DNA of 47,146 nt from an uncultured Methanospirillum sp. Lineage in GTDB: Archaea > Halobacteriota > Methanomicrobia > Methanomicrobiales > Methanospirillaceae. Positions 9,745 through 18,297 of the stretch are shown here, one piece after another; within the stretch, counting starts at the first letter, position 1, and the number at the start of each line of letters is the position of its first letter. Where the stretch lies: positions 1 to 47,146 of the forward strand of contig CAZWTX010000018.1 of the NCBI GenBank assembly GCA_964637135.1. The letters run 5' to 3'. Under the pieces are notes generated by a model that worked only from the letters and a program-made list of their open reading frames with translations, did not search any database and was not told the DNA's origin. Made by a program: the position numbers and the translations under genes.

Positions 9745-11129
9745 CTCCCCGGGAGTCAGACACCCAGGAGTTCAAACGCTCATTCTCCCAAATTGACCCC
9801 TCCCTGAAATCTGTCTGTGGATTCCTCAACCATCACGGCGGTGTAATTACCTTTGGGAGATCAGACACCGGAGATCCCATCGGTATCACTCCTGCAGATC
9901 ACAGCCTTCGCAAACTCTCACAGCAGATTACATCCCGGATTAAACCTGAAATATCACCAGATATCAGGGTCATCGAGGAGTCAGGGGTGCAATTGGTTAC
10001 GGTCACCGTCCCTGAAGGAACCAATAAACCCTATTTCCTGGATGGAATAGCATACATCAGGGTAGGCACTGAAAACCGTATTATTCCTCCTGATGAACTT
10101 AAGAGAATTATCCGTTCTTCTCCTGAATCACCATGGGATAACGAATTCTGCATCGGTGCTACAGTTGATGACATCGATCCAGACATAGTAGAGACATTTC
10201 TCACATTGGTACGGCAGGAGCGGAGAATAGAGATTGAACCAGATATTTCAATTACTACTGCTCTTGAAAAACTCTATCTCATAAAAAATGGACTCATCAC
10301 CAATGCCGCAATCCTGCTATTTGGGACAAACCCTCAACAGTTTTTCATCCAATCAGAAGTACGATGCGGCCATTTTAAAGGATCAGATGTTACAACTCCT
10401 TTTATTTCGATGAAAGTGATCAGGGGAAATTTACTTAATCAGATAGAAGAGTCTGTGAAGTTCATCCTGGGCGAGATCCGAATGTCTGCATGGGTACCAA
10501 AAAATGAAATCCAGCGAAAAGAACAATGGGAATATCCATTAGAAGCTATCCGCGAGTCGGTGATAAACGCACTCTGTCATAGGGACTATCAATCCTCGGC
10601 AAATACACAGATTCGGATATATTCTAGAAAGATGGAGATCTACAATCCGGGAGAACTACCTTCTCCTCTCACTATAGAGGTAATAAAAGGGGATCATATC
10701 TCAGTTCCCAGAAATAAACTCATTGCACAGATGTTATTCCTGTCCGGTTTCATCGAACAGTGGGGATCTGGTATAAATCATATAATTAGAGCCTGCCGGG
10801 AAAGTAGCCTCCCTGATCCAGAATTTACTGAATCAGCCAGCGTATTCTCGATCACCTTTACCAGGTCAAGTCTGATAGATATCCTTGAAGATCCTTCCAT
10901 TCTCAATGATCGTCAGAAGGATATCCTTGATTATCTCAAAACATCAGACCATATAACCCTTTCAGAATATGCTAACAAGTATAATTGTAATCAGAAGACC
11001 GCACAACGCGATCTTGGAAAACTAGTTTCCCTGAATCTTGTTAATAAATCTGGAAAAACTAGGGCAACGAGATACATTCTCTCAGAATCGATGAAAGACT
11101 TTCCAGACAATTACGGACATGAGTCATAA
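9741..11129 (+). CDS. Schlafen/AlbA_2 + HATPase_c_4 (RecG-C-like) + C-terminal HTH protein
   Basis: ESDTQEFK...GFLNHHGG (AlbA_2/Schlafen); EAIRESVINALCHRDY, NPG, PRN, IEQWGSG; LNDRQ...TAQRDL HTH. ATGA overlap with the hsdS stop. Confidence 0.88.
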   Translation: MTPRESDTQEFKRSFSQIDPSLKSVCGFLNHHGGVITFGRSDTGDPIGITPADHSLRKLSQQITSRIKPEISPDIRVIEESGVQLVTVTVPEGTNKPYFLDGIAYIRVGTENRIIPPDELKRIIRSSPESPWDNEFCIGATVDDIDPDIVETFLTLVRQERRIEIEPDISITTALEKLYLIKNGLITNAAILLFGTNPQQFFIQSEVRCGHFKGSDVTTPFISMKVIRGNLLNQIEESVKFILGEIRMSAWVPKNEIQRKEQWEYPLEAIRESVINALCHRDYQSSANTQIRIYSRKMEIYNPGELPSPLTIEVIKGDHISVPRNKLIAQMLFLSGFIEQWGSGINHIIRACRESSLPDPEFTESASVFSITFTRSSLIDILEDPSILNDRQKDILDYLKTSDHITLSEYANKYNCNQKTAQRDLGKLVSLNLVNKSGKTRATRYILSESMKDFPDNYGHES

Positions 11130-11363
11130 TATGGAGCCATGTCAATTTGTGCCAAAAAATAGGGATATAATCTCCATTTCTCAAAGATTTAATGAAAGCG
11201 GTCTCCTTTTCATTATGGACATTTACGGACAATTACCGACATTCCCACAAAACGCCATAGATCTGAAAATCATCTCAAAAATGAAAAGGTATGAGAGTTT
11301 TGACTAATATTTTCTTCAGGTATTTGGACATATCTGGACATATTCGGACATTCATTACGGACA
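11101..11363 (+). repeat. Three clusters of degenerate 10-bp-period tandem repeats with GGACA/GACA core
   Basis: 11101-11120 ttccagacaa ttacggacat; 11212-11241 attatggaca tttacggaca attaccgaca; 11321-11363 tatttggaca tatctggaca tattcggaca ttcattacggaca. Confidence 0.75.
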
Positions 11364-11367
11364 AGTT

Positions 11368-12882
11368 ATGAGACTCGCTCCAGAACTTAAATCTGATATC
11401 GACACCCTCTGGGACCGGTTCTGGTCAGGAGGCATGTCAAATCCCCTTCAGTCCATCGAACAGATGTCATATCTCATCTTCATGAAACGACTTGAGGATA
11501 TGGACATTGTCGAGGAACGAAGAGCGTCGGCAAGAAAAATACCATACACCTCGATCTTTTCCGGACATGACGAATGCAGGTGGTCAAACTGGAAGAACTA
11601 TCCGGCAGACCAGATGCTTGCACACGTACGTGATGTCGTCTTCCCCTTCATCAAAACAATCTCAAACGGGGAGAAGAGCAGGTTTTCAGAGCACATGAAG
11701 GATGCAGTCTTCATTATCGCAAAAGCCTCACTCCTTCAGGAAGCAGTATCAATTCTTGACCGGATGGATATCACTGCACGAAACCGGGACACCCAGGGTG
11801 ATATCTACGAGTACCTCCTCTCCCAACTCTCAACCGCAGGAAAAAACGGCCAGTTCCGTACACCTCGTCATATTATCAGGATGATGGTCGGACTTGTTGA
11901 TCCTGATATCAATGACCGGGTATGTGACCCGGCCTGCGGGACTGCAGGATTCCTGGTCAATGCCTATGAGCACATTATCCGGAGATATACAAGTCCTGAT
12001 ACCCTTAAGGTAGACGAGGATGGGGAATATACCAACCTTGTAGGGGATCATATCACCGAACCAGCCCACTGGGAAAAACTCTGGTCTGATACCTTCTACG
12101 GATTTGATTTCGACTCAACCATGGCCCGGATATCGGTCATGAACATGATGCTCCACGGAATTCGATCTCCGGAGATCCACAATATTGACACACTCTCAAA
12201 ACGATACACAGAAGAAGAGAAATATTCGGTAATTCTTGCAAATCCTCCGTTTAAGGGGAGTATCGACAAGAGTGACATTAGTGATAACCTTTCTCTGACA
12301 ACCACCAAAACCGAACTGCTCTTTGTGGAGAGGATGATTACACTTCTTGCAACCGGAGGAAGATGCAGTGTTATCGTTCCGGATGGGGTATTATTTGGAT
12401 CATCCAACGCCCATAAAAACCTCAGAAAGATGCTCCTTGAAACCTGTCAACTCGAAGGGATAGTATCAATGCCATCCGGTGTGTTCAAACCCTATGCCGG
12501 GGTCTCCACTGCTGTCATCACATTTGTAAAAGGAGGAAATACAAACCGGGTCTGGTTCTACAACATGGAGTCAGACGGGTACTCTCTTGATGACAAGCGG
12601 AACCGGATCGATGGGAGAGGTGATATTCCTGATATCATTGAGAGGTTCAAAGCACGGAAGAAGGAGAACCCCACCGACCGGAAAGAAAAATGCTTCTTTG
12701 TGCCGGTTGATGAGATCAAAGCAAACAATTTTGATCTCTCAATATCCCGATATAAAGAGATCGAATATGAGCAGGTTATGTATGACCCACCAGAAAAAAT
12801 CATAACAGAGATCGAGATAATAGAGCAGGAAATTCTCAAAAATCTGGGAGATTTAAAAAGAATGTTGAAAAAAGGCGGGTAG
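11368..12882 (+). CDS. hsdM: Type I R-M N6-adenine methyltransferase subunit
   Basis: GQFRTPRHI, DPACGTAGFL (motif I), NPPF (motif IV), VPDGVLF. Confidence 0.95.
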   Translation: MRLAPELKSDIDTLWDRFWSGGMSNPLQSIEQMSYLIFMKRLEDMDIVEERRASARKIPYTSIFSGHDECRWSNWKNYPADQMLAHVRDVVFPFIKTISNGEKSRFSEHMKDAVFIIAKASLLQEAVSILDRMDITARNRDTQGDIYEYLLSQLSTAGKNGQFRTPRHIIRMMVGLVDPDINDRVCDPACGTAGFLVNAYEHIIRRYTSPDTLKVDEDGEYTNLVGDHITEPAHWEKLWSDTFYGFDFDSTMARISVMNMMLHGIRSPEIHNIDTLSKRYTEEEKYSVILANPPFKGSIDKSDISDNLSLTTTKTELLFVERMITLLATGGRCSVIVPDGVLFGSSNAHKNLRKMLLETCQLEGIVSMPSGVFKPYAGVSTAVITFVKGGNTNRVWFYNMESDGYSLDDKRNRIDGRGDIPDIIERFKARKKENPTDRKEKCFFVPVDEIKANNFDLSISRYKEIEYEQVMYDPPEKIITEIEIIEQEILKNLGDLKRMLKKGG

Positions 12883-12943
12883 AACGTAAACAGCAATGAA
12901 TTATCCGGGCATCTTGATCATTCTGATCGTCTGCAATAAAGCC

Positions 12944-12989
12944 CAATCCTCTCTCTACACCCCGGGTAGGAACCGGATCACCGGCACAC
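12944..12989 (+). repeat. 46-bp imperfect direct repeat, copy 1
   Basis: caatcctctctctacaccccgggtaggaaccggatcaccggcacac; 39/46 identical, ungapped, to 14113-14158. Confidence 0.8.
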
Positions 12990-13437
12990 ACCTGACCAGA
13001 CGGATCTGGTCCTGACCATTCTCTCATAATCGTTCGTCACAAGGATGGATTCGCCCACAACCCCTGGCCTGGGAAAACCAGTAAAGGGCAGGAATACCAG
13101 TCACCGGGATGCCCTTATACCAGACCTGAACCCGCTTCCCTTCGTCTCCACCTCCTGTTCGAAACTCTGTCTCTGATTATGCACAGACCGATAGACCGCA
13201 GGATTTCATCAAAGAATATATTGCCCATTCTGACAAAAGGAGAGATAACAGCAGAATAGACCGATGATACTTCTTGCTCATAATAAAGCGGTTCCTGAAG
13301 GGATGTACCTGATTGGATATCGGACAAGAGGAGAGGTTTGGTTATTGGGTGAGCCACCGGTAAAGACAGATCCCGTCATGCTCAACAATTCTGAGCTGAA
13401 AGAGACACTATATCCTGAAGAAATATCCGGAACACGT

Positions 13438-13746
13438 ATGAAAATAGCACAAATCCCTTCTGATATCCGTTCAAAAATCATTCCACAGTATCGGATTTCA
13501 GCGATCTGGATCTTCGGTTCTGCAGTCCGTGATGATTTCTCTGATGAAAGTGACATTGATCTGGTCGTTGAATTCGAGCCGGATGCACGAATAACCCTGC
13601 GTATACTTGCCTCATTACAGACAGAACTGGAAAAGGCATTTGGAAGAAAGGTGGATCTCATCACCCGGAAAGCCATCGATGATTTCATGAATCCAATTCT
13701 GAAACAAGAGATTCTGTCCTCCATGGTCAAAATGTATGGATCGTGA
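13438..13746 (+). CDS. mntA: Minimal nucleotidyltransferase (MNT) antitoxin
   Basis: FGSAVRDDFSDESDIDL (GSx10DxD), LEKAFGRKVDL. Start uncertain (13438 or 13378; the ORF track gives 13264). Confidence 0.88.
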   Translation: MKIAQIPSDIRSKIIPQYRISAIWIFGSAVRDDFSDESDIDLVVEFEPDARITLRILASLQTELEKAFGRKVDLITRKAIDDFMNPILKQEILSSMVKMYGS

Positions 13747-14060
13747 TCGTTCCCTCCTTGCAGATATCAAAACGATGTGCTCTGATGCCATCTGTTTTTC
13801 TCGGAGATCGAAGCAGGGAAGATCTCCAACAGGATCGCCAGTTACAATATGCCTTAATCCGGTGCCTGGAAGTGAACGGTGAAGAAGCAAAACTGATCTC
13901 ATCAGATACGAAAACCAAATACCCCGGGATTCCATGGTCAGATTATGCTAAAACCCGTGATTTTCTGATTCATTCATACGCCAAAGTTGACATTGACATC
14001 ATCTGGCAAACGGTGAAATATGATCTCCCCGACCTCATGCGAATCCTCAACACCAGTTAA
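13736..14060 (+). pseudogene. hepT: HEPN (DUF86/HepT) RNase toxin, apparently frameshifted at a T5 run
   Basis: The ATG at 13736 reads MDRDRSLLADIKTMCSDAICF. Removing one T from 13795-13799 joins it to LGDRSREDLQQD...IRCLEVNGEEAK...PW...RDFLIHSY (Rx4HxY). Confidence 0.75.
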
Positions 14061-14112
14061 CCCTTTTTGCATCCAGAACAGTGGCATGTACAGATAATAA
14101 CCGGGATTCTCA

Positions 14113-14158
14113 CAATCCCCTCTCTACACTCCCGGCAGGAATCAGATCACCGGCATAC
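14113..14158 (+). repeat. 46-bp imperfect direct repeat, copy 2
   Basis: caatcccctctctacactcccggcaggaatcagatcaccggcatac. Confidence 0.8.
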
Positions 14159-14259
14159 CGGTTAAAAGTATACACAATATCGCCGGTATATCGGTGATAC
14201 CTGTCTCTATCGGAGACCGGCACTAGTTTAAAGCGTGTTTCCTTCGGTGAACTCTTCCT

Positions 14260-14685
14260 TCAGGTGATCATACCGAGCAACGACTCAAACGAATCAGCTA
14301 TCCGGTTCTTCAAGGCACCGGTGATCATCGGATTATCCTGCGAGTGAATAAACGAACGGGTATCTGTTTTCAGCCCGTAACACTCCTTTCCAAGGGCATA
14401 AGCGATCCCCACCTCCACACAGGCACCCTCGTCAGGAACCCGTCCATCCATCACGAAGACGAGAATATCCGCTTTTCTCAGTTCGCCAAGATCGTACCTG
14501 AATATCAGATCCGAAATCTCCCGGGGATCTGAATCCTGTACGAGGTCGCTCAGTTCATACCCGTCCTTCTGGGGAAGAAAGGTCGAGAACCCGTTTTCGA
14601 GGAGGAAATCATTTAATTTCTCATTGTATTCCCGTTCTGCCTGTGAAAACAGGGGTCCGGCGATATAGATCCGTCTCGTTCCCAT
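14260..14685 (-). CDS. Nucleoside 2-deoxyribosyltransferase / N-glycosidase family protein
   Basis: IYIAGPLFS, FLPQ, DLGELRKADILV, DEGACVEVGIAYALGK. Confidence 0.85.
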   Translation of the reverse strand: MGTRRIYIAGPLFSQAEREYNEKLNDFLLENGFSTFLPQKDGYELSDLVQDSDPREISDLIFRYDLGELRKADILVFVMDGRVPDEGACVEVGIAYALGKECYGLKTDTRSFIHSQDNPMITGALKNRIADSFESLLGMIT

Positions 14686-14840
14686 ACGTCCCGTCCGGAT
14701 GAATAATGGGATCCCATCCGGATTTATCCTGCCGGTGAGCGGGTAATGACCTGTATTGGACGGATTTTCGTGGATCCGGATCCCGCCTCTATCTCCGGAG
14801 ACCTTCAGATATGTATCTCAGGTTCATCCCCTTTATTTGC

Positions 14841-14863
14841 CTCATGACAGAATATCTCATGAG
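14841..14863. promoter_or_regulatory. Candidate operator palindrome
   Basis: ctcatga-N9-tcatgag inverted repeat just upstream of the ATG at 14873 of an operon encoding a wHTH protein. Confidence 0.3.
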
Positions 14864-14872
14864 CAGAGAAGA

Positions 14873-15511
14873 ATGATCACTGCACTCGAACGGTTCAAAA
14901 CCGAGATCACGAATTTTTACGTCGTATCGCTCCTCAATATCGTCTTTTCAGCCCTTGCCATTGCATTCGGGGTGCAATACGGGGTCACCGCCATAACCGG
15001 GACAGCAGACATATCCGATACCATTGCCATCCGGATCCTGACCGGGATGGTGGCGATGATCTCGTTCGGACTTGGAATCAGCTGGCTGCTCGCAACGATC
15101 CGGGTTTTTGAAGACATGGAGTCAATCCGGGAGATTCTCTGCTCAAAAAAAGAGATCGTCTCCGAAGATCTGATAACCTGCCTCATCGTCCGGATGCTTG
15201 CCCATTACCGGGAACGGAAACAGATGATCCGGAGCATGATCCGTGTCAGCCTGATCGGCGGCGGATGCTTCATTATTTTCGGAATAGAGGCAGGACTGGA
15301 TATTTTCTGGTCCCTGTCAGGAGGATCGGGGATGACCATTCAGACAATCGTTTCTCTCATCGGCATGATCCTCATGCTTGGGGTCGGCAGTGCCTCGATC
15401 CTCTCCTCCTTGTACCTCCGGAGATTTACCCGGGTCTATGACCGGCGGCTCCACGAGATCGATGCTTCGGAATGTACCCTGCAGGAAAAACTGGGACCGG
15501 AGAGAGCATGA
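14873..15511 (+). CDS. Hypothetical membrane protein (about 4 TM)
   Basis: Four hydrophobic segments. ATG 14873 is preferred over TTG 14756. Confidence 0.75.
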   Translation: MITALERFKTEITNFYVVSLLNIVFSALAIAFGVQYGVTAITGTADISDTIAIRILTGMVAMISFGLGISWLLATIRVFEDMESIREILCSKKEIVSEDLITCLIVRMLAHYRERKQMIRSMIRVSLIGGGCFIIFGIEAGLDIFWSLSGGSGMTIQTIVSLIGMILMLGVGSASILSSLYLRRFTRVYDRRLHEIDASECTLQEKLGPERA

Positions 15512-15783
15512 GCGGGCGGCGGACATGCTACGAGATCTACTGGGAGATCCTCGTATACTGCCGGACACCACGGGCCTTTACCGCGATAATCAACCGGTGC
15601 GATCTCAACTCCAGAACCGGGCAGGAATACATCGAATTTCTGACAGAGAAAGGATACCTCTCAGTTGAATCCGAAGACGGGAGAAACCAGTTCCATTCCA
15701 CCCCGGCAGCGGCGGAATACATCGCCCTCTTCAGGGAACTCTACCAGAACCTCTTTGACAGTGAACCAGAATTCAGGTTGTGA
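15508..15783 (+). CDS. Archaeal winged-helix transcription regulator (HTH_45-like)
   Basis: RRTCYEIYWEIL...TAIINRCDLNS...YIEFLTEKGYL; ATGA overlap with the upstream gene. Confidence 0.8.
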   Translation: MSGRRTCYEIYWEILVYCRTPRAFTAIINRCDLNSRTGQEYIEFLTEKGYLSVESEDGRNQFHSTPAAAEYIALFRELYQNLFDSEPEFRL

Positions 15784-15932
15784 ATGCACCGGATGGATTC
15801 CGGTGAAAAGACCTGATGTTCCAGGAATCAGGTACCAGGGGCAGACATCACGGGCCTCCCTGCCTGAAAAAGGATCGCTTTGGTGCAGGAAGAGGCATTA
15901 CCCGGTTCACGAATGGTCCTCCCGCCCGGGTG

Positions 15933-16742
15933 TCACCGTTTCTTCTGCGATGAACGCTCTTCCTTCTTCCTGATTCCCGTCATGATATTGACAAACCGGC
16001 CATTACTGATCGGGTGGTGACTGATGACCTCCCCGTTGTAGACGATGCAGAACGTCCCGAACGCACACGGCGACGCCTGGACCGCTTCGGCATCGGCAAG
16101 TTCAACAAGCCGGGGAGACAGGCCGAACTCTTTCGATGCAGTCTCCATGATCGCCCTGACATTCTTCTCCGAATACGGACACTGGGCAGACCGGAGAATC
16201 GTCAGTCCGTCAGGATATTCAGCGGCCTTCCCGGGAAGATCTTTCCTGAACGAGGGAAACGGGACAGATTCCCGCAGCCGGAGGGCAAGAAGTTCAAAGT
16301 CTGGCGGAGCGGTATCGACCACCGTGAACCCGAGTTTTTCAAAGATATCCTTCTTCGCCATGAACGACCCGGTCCGGGTCACGACCGCCACACCGGCATA
16401 GGATCCTGATTCCGCATCCTGAATACACGCCCTGACAAGAGCCGTCCCGTATCCTTTCCCCTTGTATTCTTTTTTAAAACCGGTGAAGATACACTGGATG
16501 AAGAGATAATCCCCGGCATCCACCGGGCGATGGGCAAACGTTCCGGGAAGATACTCGATCATGCCCTGGTACCCGTCCTTCCCCGCGGTCAGGACCTTCA
16601 TCCGGAGCCCTTTTTCGTAGTACTCCGTGAACCAGGCAATCTTCCGGCGGAGTTCCTCGTGTTTCCGGATGTCCTTGTACCCGCAGACCCCCCAATCCGC
16701 GATATTATCAGGAGTGATGTCGATGATGGCAGCCGGTTCCAT
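15933..16742 (-). CDS. GNAT N-acetyltransferase with YoaP-like C-terminal domain
   Basis: YKGKGYGTALV acetyl-CoA motif; QCPY...SPCAFGTFCIVYNG. Confidence 0.85.
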   Translation of the reverse strand: MEPAAIIDITPDNIADWGVCGYKDIRKHEELRRKIAWFTEYYEKGLRMKVLTAGKDGYQGMIEYLPGTFAHRPVDAGDYLFIQCIFTGFKKEYKGKGYGTALVRACIQDAESGSYAGVAVVTRTGSFMAKKDIFEKLGFTVVDTAPPDFELLALRLRESVPFPSFRKDLPGKAAEYPDGLTILRSAQCPYSEKNVRAIMETASKEFGLSPRLVELADAEAVQASPCAFGTFCIVYNGEVISHHPISNGRFVNIMTGIRKKEERSSQKKR

Positions 16743-17105
16743 AGCAAGACTCTTCGCCGGAGGGCAATAAGTTAGGCGGCATTCATCCTCCCGGTGTGAG
16801 AAGGTTTCATTCCACCGGAATAGTGCTCATCAGGCACTGCCGGCATTTCCGTTGGATATGAACACCCGGAACGTCTCCTACCGGAACCGGTAATTCCCGT
16901 ATGGCGAATCCTCCTGAACATGATCCGGATGGCTGGCCAGCGGACAGGTCTCCGGCTGATGATGAATCATCACACCGGTCCGGTGAGGGAATGATCTTAT
17001 GTTCAGCCGGATTCTCGGGCAGGAACCCGGCTCATAGACAGCGACCCGGCATACTCCCTGACCTGCAGAAAATGGGAGACCTTCTTCTCTGCCAGGATCG
17101 CCAGA

Positions 17106-17537
17106 TCACCCCTCCCGGCGGAACGGGCAGAACCGGTTCCCACACCCGGGACAGATGAGCAGGTAACTACAGAGAGCAGCTCCCAAAAGGCAAATCCAGA
17201 AGAGCAGGAGCAGGAGCGGTTCCGTTAGCAGGAACGCCTGGGGCGGCAGAATGAGGAACACGAAGAGGACGACGGTTACCAGCATATCGAAGGCGGTATA
17301 TGGCCCCTCCCGCTTCTGCCAGTAGCGGGCGATGTACCCCGGCAGAATATGGACACAGGTCTTTGTGATCGGGCATTTCGTGCAGTATGTCCGGGTAATC
17401 AGGATACCGCAGATGACAGCGAGGAGGAGATAATTCCACCAGTAGTCAGAAGAACCAAGAGATATTGCATATGTTCCGATCAGGACGGCAATTATCCCGA
17501 GAATAATCCCCAAAATACCAAAGGCAGAGCGTTTCAT
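17106..17537 (-). CDS. Small membrane protein with Cys clusters
   Basis: About 4 TM helices; YCTKCP...CVH and ICPGCGNRFCP. Confidence 0.75.
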   Translation of the reverse strand: MKRSAFGILGIILGIIAVLIGTYAISLGSSDYWWNYLLLAVICGILITRTYCTKCPITKTCVHILPGYIARYWQKREGPYTAFDMLVTVVLFVFLILPPQAFLLTEPLLLLLFWICLLGAALCSYLLICPGCGNRFCPFRREG

Positions 17538-17623
17538 GGGTACAGATAGAATTGATGAGATAATGGAACTTTCTGCGGGTATCTAAAACCTCTTTCCATT
17601 GGATCCGGCCAGGATTCGGATGA

Positions 17624-18157
17624 TCAATATTCATACTCCCGGAGAATATCCGCATCCCCTGCCTGTTCAAGCACGTCTTCAATAAAAACCCCCTTGCCTG
17701 CCAGGTACTGATCGATATCGTGGGGATGGCGGGAAGCCAGTTGTTCCTTGAGGAACCCGTATGCATCCCGGGTTTCCGGATGGCTCCTCAGAAAATTCCT
17801 GAACCTGATATGCCGGGAAAGTTCCCGGCTCTCTATCGGGCAGACGTAGAGATGGTACGGCATGAATCCATCATCACGGATTCTCTGAAAAGCCTCCCTG
17901 CCTGAAATGCCAAGATCTCCCTGATACACAAACCCTGCCTCCTCAAGACGGGCAGTGACTAACGGGAAACGATCCATATCACCGATGATCACGTCAAGAT
18001 CAATGATCGGCTTGGCGGCAAGGCCGTGAACCGCCGTGCTCCCGACATGTTCGATCCCGAGGATGAGATCTCCGATATACTCCTCAATCATCACCCTGAT
18101 TTTTCTGAATTCGTCGTCCCATCCGGGATCAAACGAAACGACCCTGATGGTTCTCAT
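17624..18157 (-). CDS. GrpB/UPF0157 family nucleotidyltransferase-fold protein
   Basis: IEHVGSTAVHGLAAKPIIDLD, FRNFLRSHP, YLAGK; start taken at MRTIRVV. Confidence 0.9.
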   Translation of the reverse strand: MRTIRVVSFDPGWDDEFRKIRVMIEEYIGDLILGIEHVGSTAVHGLAAKPIIDLDVIIGDMDRFPLVTARLEEAGFVYQGDLGISGREAFQRIRDDGFMPYHLYVCPIESRELSRHIRFRNFLRSHPETRDAYGFLKEQLASRHPHDIDQYLAGKGVFIEDVLEQAGDADILREYEY

Positions 18158-18297
18158 GCCGCTGTTCACCTGAATAGGTCTGTCTGGCAGGGAGAAGAAG
18201 AATGTTACCCGGCTGACAGGATCCAGGGGGATAACGGTCTCATTCTCATCACCCGGTATCCCCGCTGATATATCCATGCAGCAACAAACACAGACAT

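Larger units (their letters stand above)
1..14158. mobile_element. Probable integrated element / defence island (partial; boundaries uncertain)
   Basis: Replication-like gene followed by type I R-M, AT-rich cargo and a TA module. No integrase or att/tRNA was seen inside the window, so the right boundary is a guess. Confidence 0.5.

Noticed and set aside
11119..11307. 62-aa ORF between the Schlafen gene and hsdM
   Set aside because: Runs through the repeat clusters and shows no protein features; likely non-coding
11101..11363. CRISPR-like array
   Set aside because: Units are about 10 bp and degenerate, with no 25-40 bp repeat/unique spacer structure and no cas genes
13115..13437. Minus-strand 80-aa ORF and long N-terminal extension of the MNT ORF
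   Set aside because: No family motifs; MNT proteins are typically about 100 aa, which fits a later start
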